From the IMG/VR virus record IMGVR_UViG_3300037067_017539: DNA of 64,000 nucleotides; one strand, written 5' to 3'. The notes beneath the pieces are model-generated. The model was not told the origin of the DNA and made no database searches. It worked only from the letters and a program-made list of their open reading frames with translations. Shown here one piece after another: positions 9,793 through 18,186 of this stretch. Made by a program: the position numbers and the translations under genes. How positions within the stretch are numbered: the first letter of the stretch is position 1; each line of letters starts with the position of its first letter. Source of the stretch: an uncultured virus (IMG/VR IMGVR_UViG_3300037067_017539). Taxonomy: Duplodnaviria > Heunggongvirae > Uroviricota > Caudoviricetes.

Positions 9793-10719
9793 ATGATTGA
9801 AAATGTTGATATAAACGCCCTTTTCCAGGAATACAATATTTCAGTTAAGGAAAAGGGCGAAAATGTCACCAGAGGGTGGGTGAACATTGAAGTTTGTCCA
9901 TTTTGTATGGATTCAAATTTTCATTGTGGTATAAATTTGGCGAGTGGCGGATTTCATTGTTGGGTATGTGGCGAAAAAGGCGGATTGTGGAAATTGTTAA
10001 GAGAAATGGAAGATTTTAAAGGGCAGCATATTTCCTCTATTATAGCCAAATTTGTTTTAGACCATGGCAATACACCAATAAATAATTATAATGCCACTAC
10101 AGACAAATTAGACGGTAAAAAACCAATAAAATTCAGTTGGCCAGAACATATTTTAGAAGATTTACCAAAACCACACAAGGATTATCTTTTATCTCGGCAT
10201 TTTGACCCTGATTTTTTAGCCAAAAAATATAACCTTAAAGCAGTATACAATATTGGAAAACATAAGTTTAGAATTATTGTGCCTGTAATAATCAACAAGA
10301 AAAAAGTTTCTTGGGTTGCTGCTTGGGTTTTACGAAAACAATTTTCTGATGTAACTCCATATTTAAATTGCACACCTGAAGAATCTGTCATACCGATAAA
10401 CCATTGCCTGTATAATTACGATTCGATAAAAGACGTTGCTGTTATTGTTGAAGGAATTACCGATGTTTGGCGATGTGGTGCTGGCTTTGTAGCATCATTT
10501 CGGAAGGGGCTTACATCAGAACAAATTAAATTATTGATGGAAAAGAAACTAAAGAAAGTATTTGTTTTTTATGATTCTGATGCAACAAAGGAATCATATA
10601 AGTTTGCCAATGAAATTTCAGGCCTGTTTCCATCTGTTGAAGTTTTGGAACTGCAAACTGGTGATCCGGGGGATTTGACCCAACAAGAAGTTTATGATCT
10701 TAGAAGAGATATTTTTTAA
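9793..10719 (+). CDS. DNA primase (Zn finger + TOPRIM)
   Basis: CPFC...H...CWVCG; IVEGITD; FYDSD; GDPGD. Confidence 0.85.
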   Translation: MIENVDINALFQEYNISVKEKGENVTRGWVNIEVCPFCMDSNFHCGINLASGGFHCWVCGEKGGLWKLLREMEDFKGQHISSIIAKFVLDHGNTPINNYNATTDKLDGKKPIKFSWPEHILEDLPKPHKDYLLSRHFDPDFLAKKYNLKAVYNIGKHKFRIIVPVIINKKKVSWVAAWVLRKQFSDVTPYLNCTPEESVIPINHCLYNYDSIKDVAVIVEGITDVWRCGAGFVASFRKGLTSEQIKLLMEKKLKKVFVFYDSDATKESYKFANEISGLFPSVEVLELQTGDPGDLTQQEVYDLRRDIF

Positions 10720-10756
10720 AAATAAAGCTTTTAAAAAGTAAAAAAGTAATGTATAT

Positions 10757-11060
10757 ATAAAACCGTAAGCTGTGAATTTTGGGATTCATGCCTTACGGTT
10801 TTATTTTATGACGCCAATATATTAAGCAAGATAGTTAAAAATTTATAATTTGTAATTTGTAATCAATAATTTTAAGCCGTCTCTAAATAAGAGGCAAGAA
10901 CCAGTCGAATTTTTATTTTCAACGATTTGGTCTTGTCCCCAAAACAAGTCCTTCGATTATAAATTATAAATTGCAGTGTAACTACTGCTTGTGATTGGCG
11001 TCACAATAATTCGTAAATCGACTGTCTTGTCTCTTATTTAGGGTCGGCTTTTTTATTTTT
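10757..11060 (+). ncRNA. candidate structured regulatory leader RNA upstream of the initiator genes
   Basis: 13-bp hairpin 10757-69/10792-804; long helices 10809-56/10956-11003 and 10874-908/11018-50 with G-U pairs; T tract after. Confidence 0.6.
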
Positions 11061-11074
11061 AATTGGAGGTTAAA

Positions 11075-11431
11075 ATGGAATTTTGGAATAAGAATGAAAA
11101 TGCAAAAGAATTGTTTAACGCTCTTTATACAAATAATGGTAAATTAATTGTCAACAGAAGATTTGTAAAAAGGGCAGGGCTTTGTGAAGCTGTAATTTTT
11201 ACTGAATTGATGCAACAAGAAATTGAAGCAGAAGAAACCGGTGAAATATATGATGAAGATTGGTTTTCTTGCAAACAGAAAAAAATAACCGATGATATTG
11301 GTTTATCAGTTGAAGAACAAAAACTGATTATTGAAAAAATGATTGAAATGAAAATGATTGAAATGAAAAAAAATTTTGAAGGTGATTTATTTTTTAAATT
11401 GAACTACGGTTTTTTTGAAGTTGGTGCGTAA
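11075..11431 (+). CDS. winged-HTH protein paralogous to the initiator N-terminus
   Basis: RBS GGAGGT; LIVNRR..WF..GLS..Q..LFFKLNY aligns with the next ORF. Confidence 0.65.
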   Translation: MEFWNKNENAKELFNALYTNNGKLIVNRRFVKRAGLCEAVIFTELMQQEIEAEETGEIYDEDWFSCKQKKITDDIGLSVEEQKLIIEKMIEMKMIEMKKNFEGDLFFKLNYGFFEVGA

Positions 11432-11452
11432 AAATATAATCGAGGTAACTTC

Positions 11453-12829
11453 ATGATAAATAAAGAAAAAGAACAAATGAGAGAAATTTTATCTAAAGAT
11501 GCAAGCTTAGTGATAAATAAAAAGTTGCTGCATCGGATTGGTATTAATGGGACAATTTTATTGTCAGACTTAATGTCAAAAGAAAAATATTTTGAAATTA
11601 AAGGCAGGTTAGAAAACGAATGGTTTTTTAATACTCATAAAAATATATGTAAAGACACAACCTTATCTGAATATCAACAAAATAAAGCTATAGATATTTT
11701 GATAAACATTGGTGTTATAGAAACAAGATATTGCAAACAAAGTCAAAGATTATTTTTCAAAATAAATTATTCGATTTTATTGAAAACTTATGATGATTCT
11801 ATAGCTTCACCCCCCAAGAAACTTAACCCCCCAAGAAACTTGGGTACCCCCCCAAGAAACTTAGGGCTTAATAATAATAATAAGAATAATAATAAAAGAA
11901 ATAATATTTCTCTTTCTAAAGAAAGAGAACGCCGAAGTATCGGCGCTGAACTTGCTGACAGAGTTTTGGTTGAGAATAAGGTTATTCATTCAACTGGCCT
12001 TAAAATAAAACGATTGAAACCTTATCTGTTCACAAAGAACCCTGATGTTGAAGAAATATTCACTTATTGGAACCAACTGGGTAAACCTTTACCAAAGCAT
12101 AAAATAAATACCAGTTCGAAAACCTTTACCAAAGCCTGTAAACAAATCGAAAAGATATTAAAAACTTATTCAAAGGAAACCATTACCGGCAGTATGCAAC
12201 TTTATTTTGATATGATTAATATGCCCGGCTTTAAATTAAGTCATAACGGTTCCGGTGTTATTGTCAACTTAAAAGATTTTTTATTGATTGGTGATAATTT
12301 ACGGCTTAGAATGTGTCAATATCACAAAGAACTTACTATAACCAGTTGGTTCCATGAATGCCGCAAGCTGGGTGCCGCTGGGCTTAAAGAAAAATATTCT
12401 AAAGTTATTATTGATGAAAATCCAAAAATAACGGAAGCATTGAAAAGAAAGTGGTCAAACGTTATTGAAAAGAGAAGTCAGTTTACAGCTGAAGAAGAAA
12501 ATATTTTTAGGAAAACGGCAAAAGCCTTATATAATTATTTTATCGACCTGAAAGATTTTAAACAGGATCATATTTACCAGAAGGAAAATCCGATAACATG
12601 CGTTTCGTTGGTTATTAAAACCATGGCTGCAAAAAATAAAAATGACGGAACAATTCCATTCTGGTTATCATCGGCAAGTTTTTTTGAAAACGATGTAACG
12701 GCTTATTTGAAAAAGATAGGTTATATTGAACATGGTTATGATAAGAGTATTGCTCGTAGAAAAATTCATGACCAACAAAACCATTCTGATTTACCTACTT
12801 TTGAAGAACTTGGTATAGATATTTTTTAA
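11453..12829 (+). CDS. replication initiator / replisome organiser
   Basis: N-terminal wHTH, internal iteron-coded linker, Asn-rich stretch; precedes DnaB-like helicase. Confidence 0.7.
   Translation: MINKEKEQMREILSKDASLVINKKLLHRIGINGTILLSDLMSKEKYFEIKGRLENEWFFNTHKNICKDTTLSEYQQNKAIDILINIGVIETRYCKQSQRLFFKINYSILLKTYDDSIASPPKKLNPPRNLGTPPRNLGLNNNNKNNNKRNNISLSKERERRSIGAELADRVLVENKVIHSTGLKIKRLKPYLFTKNPDVEEIFTYWNQLGKPLPKHKINTSSKTFTKACKQIEKILKTYSKETITGSMQLYFDMINMPGFKLSHNGSGVIVNLKDFLLIGDNLRLRMCQYHKELTITSWFHECRKLGAAGLKEKYSKVIIDENPKITEALKRKWSNVIEKRSQFTAEEENIFRKTAKALYNYFIDLKDFKQDHIYQKENPITCVSLVIKTMAAKNKNDGTIPFWLSSASFFENDVTAYLKKIGYIEHGYDKSIARRKIHDQQNHSDLPTFEELGIDIF
11809..11905. repeat. putative replication origin: three iterons plus AT-rich tract inside the initiator gene
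   Basis: AC(6-7)AAGAAACTT at 11809, 11826, 11846; followed by AAT-rich run. Confidence 0.7.
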
Positions 12830-12855
12830 TTTAATTATATCCATTGGGGCAATTT

Positions 12856-14385
12856 ATGATTATTAAAAGACGGCTTGTTTCTGCAGATATAGAAAGAAAA
12901 ATTCTGATTGGATTAATTTCCAGTGAAAATTTTTGTAAACAAATTCATAGAATGGCAAAAAAAGAATATTTTAAATCAACAGCTTCAAAAATTGTATTTG
13001 GTTGGGCTTCAGATTTTTATGATAGGTATAGAGAATGCCCCGGTGTTTGTATCCAAGATATTTACAATGTAGAAAAAACCAGATTGAAGGATGCAGATGC
13101 CGATATTGTTGGACAGTTCATGGATAATTTATCCAAAGAATATGAACAGGCAGTATCTAACGAAGAATACTTATTGGATCAAGCAAAAATATATTTCAGA
13201 GAACGTTCATTGACATTATTGTCGGAAGAAATTGCCGGTAATGTTGCAAAAGGCCGATTACAATTAGCGGAAGATGCTGTTTATGGATATGGCAAAGTTT
13301 CTCAGCAAATGACGAACTGGTTTAATCCGATGGAACCGGCAAACATAATGGAAATATTGGATGAAAATGATTCAGATAGATTATTTAAGTTTGATGGGCC
13401 GTTAGGTGATATGTGTGGTTGGTTGGAACGGGATTGGCTTATTGCAATAATGGCTCCGATGAAACGCGGGAAAAGTTGGTGGCTGCAAGAAATAGCGATT
13501 GCCGGGTTATTGTCTGGCGTTAAGGTTGCGTATTTTTCATTGGAGATGAATAAAAAGGCGGTATCCAAACGAATTTACAAAAGGCTTACTGCGTTGGCTT
13601 CAAATGCAGGGGAACATATTTTTCCGGTTTTTGATTGTTCAAGAAATCAAACAAATTTATGTAGAAAAAAACAAAGGGCTTGTTATATTGGAATAAAAGA
13701 GCCCGGTGAGGAACAACCTGAATTTTATAACGTGGTTGGATATAAACCGTGTACTTATTGTATGGAACACGAAGAAGAAAAAGAAAATTACATACAAGCT
13801 GTTTGGTATAAACAACTTTCGCAAGAAGAAGGAATGACGATAGAAGCGGTTACAAAAAAGATGAAAAATTTCCAATTGCAATTTGGTGACAATCTTCGGG
13901 TAATGGCTTATCCTGCTTTTTCTGCTTCATTTGATGATATGGAATCTGATTTGGATTCGCTTGATTTTCAGGAAGGATTTGTTCCCGGTTTGATTTGTGC
14001 GGATTATTTTGATATTTCAAATCCCGGCAGTGGAACAGATAATTATTCTGAACGTGGTACAGCTGATTATATATGGAAGCGTGGCAAGAATTTGGCTGCA
14101 AAGCGGCATGTTTTGGTTGCAACCGTTTTGCAAAGTAACCGTTCGTCGATTTCAAAGAAAAGTATAGAGCAAGAGGATGTTTCTGAAGATATTCGTAAGT
14201 TAGCTCATGTTGATTTATTATTGGGGTTAAATCAGACTAAGGAAGAGAAGGCCGAAGGCATTATGCGAATTGGCGTGGTTGCCCATCGGCATGAAGAATT
14301 TAAGTTTAACGGCGAAGTTATAGCGTTACAGAGTTTAAACATTGGTCAACCATGTTTATTTTCTGGTTGGGCAGCAAAAGAATAA
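12856..14385 (+). CDS. DnaB-like SF4 replicative helicase with Cys-rich insertion
   Basis: APMKRGKS, YFSLEM, ICADYFD, VLQSNR; TTG at 12844 is an alternative start. Confidence 0.85.
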   Translation: MIIKRRLVSADIERKILIGLISSENFCKQIHRMAKKEYFKSTASKIVFGWASDFYDRYRECPGVCIQDIYNVEKTRLKDADADIVGQFMDNLSKEYEQAVSNEEYLLDQAKIYFRERSLTLLSEEIAGNVAKGRLQLAEDAVYGYGKVSQQMTNWFNPMEPANIMEILDENDSDRLFKFDGPLGDMCGWLERDWLIAIMAPMKRGKSWWLQEIAIAGLLSGVKVAYFSLEMNKKAVSKRIYKRLTALASNAGEHIFPVFDCSRNQTNLCRKKQRACYIGIKEPGEEQPEFYNVVGYKPCTYCMEHEEEKENYIQAVWYKQLSQEEGMTIEAVTKKMKNFQLQFGDNLRVMAYPAFSASFDDMESDLDSLDFQEGFVPGLICADYFDISNPGSGTDNYSERGTADYIWKRGKNLAAKRHVLVATVLQSNRSSISKKSIEQEDVSEDIRKLAHVDLLLGLNQTKEEKAEGIMRIGVVAHRHEEFKFNGEVIALQSLNIGQPCLFSGWAAKE

Positions 14386-14448
14386 TTTTTTAAATATTTT
14401 AAAAAAAATCCTTTACATTTCAAATACGATGACATACTATGAATTTAA
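14386..14448 (+). promoter_or_regulatory. repeated promoter element, copy 4
   Basis: TTTTTAAATATTTTAAAAAAAATCC-TTTACA(14412)-17 nt-TACTAT(14435)-GAATTTAA. Confidence 0.7.
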
Positions 14449-14501
14449 GACCGGGAATCAACAACAACTAACCATAAATTAAAAAAAAAGGATTTACAAT
14501 C

Positions 14502-15194
14502 ATGGCGAAAACTATTGAACTTGAAAAAATCAAATTTAAAGAACTGGCAGCTGCAATCAAAGCAATTAACGATTCTGGTGTTATCGAAAACAAAATTATG
14601 ACCATCGGTAAAACCAAGGAAGACCTTGTTAAAACTTTTATCGACACTATTCAGTCTATTCCGGATGGCGAAGATGGCAGCTGGACAGGTCCTGAAGCGG
14701 CCGGCGAATATTATAATAAAATCGTTTCTGTTGATCCGCCGAAAAAAGCAACTGAAGATGCCGGAGAAACCTATGTCGAAGAGACGGGTGAAAAAGATGT
14801 GACTGAAGATTATGGTGAAACCGATGAAATTGACAGTAAAACATATGTAACTGAAGATAAGCCAAAAGCGACTTCTGAAAAAGCAGAAGATGCCATTAAA
14901 GAACGTGGTGGCGAAGTGATTCCCAAAGCTCCCAAAGCTCCCAAAGCTCCGAAGGAACCGAAACAACCGAAACAACCGAAGGAACAGAAATATACCAGAG
15001 CAAAATCCTGTGTTGATGCTTTTATTGCGAATGGATATAAACCCGAAGGTGTTCCGGAAGCGGCCGACTTGCTTTACACTGCAAAAACAGGTAAACCACT
15101 GGACAGCAAAAAATCAAAACGGTCTTTCCGGGTTGTTATGCAGGTAATCACCCATTCCAAAGAGATTGGGTTTGATTTCAACATGGTCAACTAA
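14502..15194 (+). CDS. hypothetical protein with acidic linker and PKx repeats
   Basis: PKAPKAPKAPKEPKQPKQPKE; own promoter and terminator. Confidence 0.7.
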   Translation: MAKTIELEKIKFKELAAAIKAINDSGVIENKIMTIGKTKEDLVKTFIDTIQSIPDGEDGSWTGPEAAGEYYNKIVSVDPPKKATEDAGETYVEETGEKDVTEDYGETDEIDSKTYVTEDKPKATSEKAEDAIKERGGEVIPKAPKAPKAPKEPKQPKQPKEQKYTRAKSCVDAFIANGYKPEGVPEAADLLYTAKTGKPLDSKKSKRSFRVVMQVITHSKEIGFDFNMVN

Positions 15195-15212
15195 TACCGC
15201 ATAAATGCGAAC

Positions 15213-15246
15213 AAAAAAGGCGAGTATAAAAATACTCGCCTTTTTT
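15213..15246. terminator. bidirectional intrinsic terminator
   Basis: AAAAAAGGCGAGTAT-aaaa-ATACTCGCCTTTTTT. Confidence 0.85.
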
Positions 15247-15343
15247 GACGAAAATTAAAAAAATCAAAGAATTAATATTTTTAGGTTATAATAAAAATAA
15301 GTGGGTTATTTAAGAACTTTTTAAAATTATAATGGAGGTAATA

Positions 15344-15601
15344 ATGGGTAGAAGTGATTATGATCGTATTGATGATAATAAAAAGGTTATTCGTAAGCAA
15401 AATACCCTTTTTGATTTTCCGATTGATCCAAAAGGGAAAACTGATTGTGGTGTTAGAAAGTTTTTGATTTTTTATTTCGATGATGAAGATGATTACGAAG
15501 TGGTTCTTTCAAAGTTTATGCGGGTAAATCCCCATGTAAAGGCTCATCCGGATATGGATTCCGTAAAGTTGGCTGAACTGGCAAGAAAAATGGAGGATTA
15601 A
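15344..15601 (+). CDS. small protein adjoining the radical SAM gene
   Basis: RBS GGAGGT; stop 1 nt before radical SAM start. Confidence 0.65.
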   Translation: MGRSDYDRIDDNKKVIRKQNTLFDFPIDPKGKTDCGVRKFLIFYFDDEDDYEVVLSKFMRVNPHVKAHPDMDSVKLAELARKMED

Positions 15602-15602
15602 T

Positions 15603-17078
15603 ATGCGGAAAGATATTCATTTTGTTTGTAAGGGTTGCCCCTCAAATATGGCCAATTTATGTGATAAGGGTGTTTGTTTGCCTTATGTTGATGATGCAAG
15701 GCGGGCCGAAATATTGGCGGAGCCGATGCCTTTGGATTATAATGGTATTCGTTTTACTTCAGATGCTATGGATTGCGCTTTTCCGATTGCGATAGATTCA
15801 CATTCTGGTTGTTCATATGGTTGTTTGTATTGTTTTGCAAATAACCTTATGCGGGCTCCAGATCGTAATCCGGATAAGGTTAAAAAGCTTTTTGAAAAAG
15901 GAACTTTGTATTCGGAATTTGATATTAAGATTCTGGAAAAGTTTTTGAATCGGGAATATAACAGTGATATAGCAAGGGCAATGTATCCGCTTTTGGATGC
16001 TGGTATGCCGGTGCAGCTTGGAGCCCTTGGTGATCCTCTTGATGAAATTGAAAAGGCTCGTGGTTGGTTGCTTAAGGCGATACCCATGTTTCAGGAACAT
16101 AAAATTCCGGTGCGGGTTGGTACAAAAGGTGCTTTGACAATGATGCTTCCGGAATATCGTGATTTGTTTCATAAAACGCCTGAACAATTTTGGTTTGCAT
16201 TTAGTATTATTTCTGCCGATGATGATTTGATAACGGCTGTTGATATTGCGGCTCCAAATGCAACCGAACGTTTTGCTGCAATGAAAGCTTATGCAGCTGA
16301 AGGACACCCTGTAAGTTTGCGTTTTCGGCCGTTTTTGCCGGGCTTAAGTGACCGTAACGATGGTATTGTAAGAATGATGGATAAGGCTGCGGAGTGTGGT
16401 GCTCAAGCTGTAAGTTTTGAATTTATTTTTTTGGAATCAGGCCTTACAAGTCGTCAAAAGGTTATGTATCATCATATGTTTAAAACACAAGGCAATCCAA
16501 ATTTTGGTAAAGAATGGAATGCAGCAAGCAAAAAAATAGAATCTTGCAGAAGGGGCAGTCGGGAAGAAAAGTTTGAAGTTATGGTGAAGGTTCGTGAACT
16601 TGCCCATGAAAGAGGAATTCGGTTTGCTTGTAGTGATCCTCATTTTAAAGAGTGGAATGATACTGGTTGTTGCTGCGGCGTAAGGCCTGATGACCCGATT
16701 TTTGGTAAGTGGAGTCGGCGACAGTTGACGAACGTTGTATATGAAATGAAAACTGATTTTGACAATGGCATTCGTCGGCAAGTTTCCTATGAAGATTGGG
16801 CTCCACAATGGGCTCATGATGTTTTGGCCGTGAAAATGTTTAATAATGGTGATTGGCACAACAAAAGGATTAAAAAAAATCAAACCTTCGGCGATACAAT
16901 GCGTAATAAGTGGAACAATCCGCCAAGACCAAGAAGTCCTCATATTTATTTTGCTGGCATAATGCGGCCAGTTGGTGTTGATGATAAAACCGATGACGTT
17001 GTTTACGAATATCGAGATTGGCAACCGGGGCAAGATAAAAAATTTATTGGGGAATGCCCGGAAAAGCCGGTAAAATAA
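15603..17078 (+). CDS. radical SAM protein (spore photoproduct lyase-like)
   Basis: GCSYGCLYCFA (CxxxCxxC), GALGDP, GTKG, RFRPFLPG, GCCCG. Confidence 0.85.
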   Translation: MRKDIHFVCKGCPSNMANLCDKGVCLPYVDDARRAEILAEPMPLDYNGIRFTSDAMDCAFPIAIDSHSGCSYGCLYCFANNLMRAPDRNPDKVKKLFEKGTLYSEFDIKILEKFLNREYNSDIARAMYPLLDAGMPVQLGALGDPLDEIEKARGWLLKAIPMFQEHKIPVRVGTKGALTMMLPEYRDLFHKTPEQFWFAFSIISADDDLITAVDIAAPNATERFAAMKAYAAEGHPVSLRFRPFLPGLSDRNDGIVRMMDKAAECGAQAVSFEFIFLESGLTSRQKVMYHHMFKTQGNPNFGKEWNAASKKIESCRRGSREEKFEVMVKVRELAHERGIRFACSDPHFKEWNDTGCCCGVRPDDPIFGKWSRRQLTNVVYEMKTDFDNGIRRQVSYEDWAPQWAHDVLAVKMFNNGDWHNKRIKKNQTFGDTMRNKWNNPPRPRSPHIYFAGIMRPVGVDDKTDDVVYEYRDWQPGQDKKFIGECPEKPVK

Positions 17079-17115
17079 AAAAGAAGTATATTTTAACCAC
17101 TGGAAAGGATAATAA

Positions 17116-18165
17116 ATGAAAAGATCATTATTGATTGAAGCATTGAAACAAGTTATGCCCGGCGTTGAAGAAAAGGCCGTTGTTTTTGACATTGCGAATG
17201 CTGTGATGTTTGATGGAAATTGGGTTAAAACGTTTAATGATGCAATTTCTGTTTCGTATCCGTTTGAAAGCAATATACAGTGCCTTGTAAAGGCGAAAGA
17301 ACTGTTTGATATTGTGAATAAAGGTGATTCTGAAGAAATAAGAATGGTCATGCTTGATGGTGGCAAGCTGCAAATTTCAGGTGGACGAACCACACTGAAA
17401 ATGACGACACTCGACAGTACCAAATTTATTTCTTTGGTGGATAACCTTTCGTTGTCAGATGCTGTATGGAATCCATTGCCGGAAGATTTTTGTACCGGAT
17501 TGCGTTTTTGCTGTTCATTTGCTGCAAATAATTCGGCTTATGCAGCTTTATGTGGTGTAAGTATTGCAACAGATGGTTTGGCAGCAAGTGATGGACGTAA
17601 AGCTGCAATTTACCATTTCCCGAAAGATTCGTTTGGCGTTGAAGAAGAATTTGTGTTGCCGGTAAAGGCTGCGTTGAATCTGGTAAAGGTTGCCGGGCTT
17701 AAGGAATATTCCATGGTGGGTGGTTGGGTACACTTCCGAAATGAAGTCGGGGTTTGTTTTAGTACGCGGCGTATTGATACAGAATTTCCTCGGGAACAGA
17801 TAGATGGGTATTTGAATTTTTCAGGGCTGGGCGTTAAGGAAGAATATCAGTTTCCAGCTGGGTTGGCAAAGTCAATTGAGCGGGCTTCTGTGCTTTCCTT
17901 TTCTGATGAAGTTGGTTCAGATTATGTTGAAATTTCTTTGGATAAAAAAGGGAACATGATTGTTTCCGGTGGTAAGGAGTTTGGTGAGATAAAGGAAAAG
18001 ATTGCAAAGGGCGAATGGAGTTTTCCTGATGGTGGCGTTATAAAAGTGAACCCGAAAGTTTTCGTTGATATGTTGCATTTGAACCAGAAGTTCTTTCTTA
18101 AGGACAACAAGTTCCTTTTGATGAAAACTGGTTCTTTGGATAGTGTTTTGGCGCTTGTTGCATAA
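17116..18165 (+). CDS. dnaN: DNA polymerase III beta sliding clamp-like protein
   Basis: 349 aa; AASDGRKAA, STRRIDTEFP, LAKSIERAS; adjacent to dnaE. Confidence 0.7.
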   Translation: MKRSLLIEALKQVMPGVEEKAVVFDIANAVMFDGNWVKTFNDAISVSYPFESNIQCLVKAKELFDIVNKGDSEEIRMVMLDGGKLQISGGRTTLKMTTLDSTKFISLVDNLSLSDAVWNPLPEDFCTGLRFCCSFAANNSAYAALCGVSIATDGLAASDGRKAAIYHFPKDSFGVEEEFVLPVKAALNLVKVAGLKEYSMVGGWVHFRNEVGVCFSTRRIDTEFPREQIDGYLNFSGLGVKEEYQFPAGLAKSIERASVLSFSDEVGSDYVEISLDKKGNMIVSGGKEFGEIKEKIAKGEWSFPDGGVIKVNPKVFVDMLHLNQKFFLKDNKFLLMKTGSLDSVLALVA

Positions 18166-18186
18166 TTCAGCGAAAGGTAAAATTTA

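Noticed and set aside
10757..11060. Retron msr-msd or DGR-type RNA
   Set aside because: No reverse transcriptase in the window, and no template/variable repeat pair with adenine-specific mismatches.
16437..17423. Long minus-strand ORFs (e.g. 328 aa here, 258 aa at 28658-29434, many in 58-64 kb)
   Set aside because: Antisense shadows of well-supported + strand genes, with no motifs.
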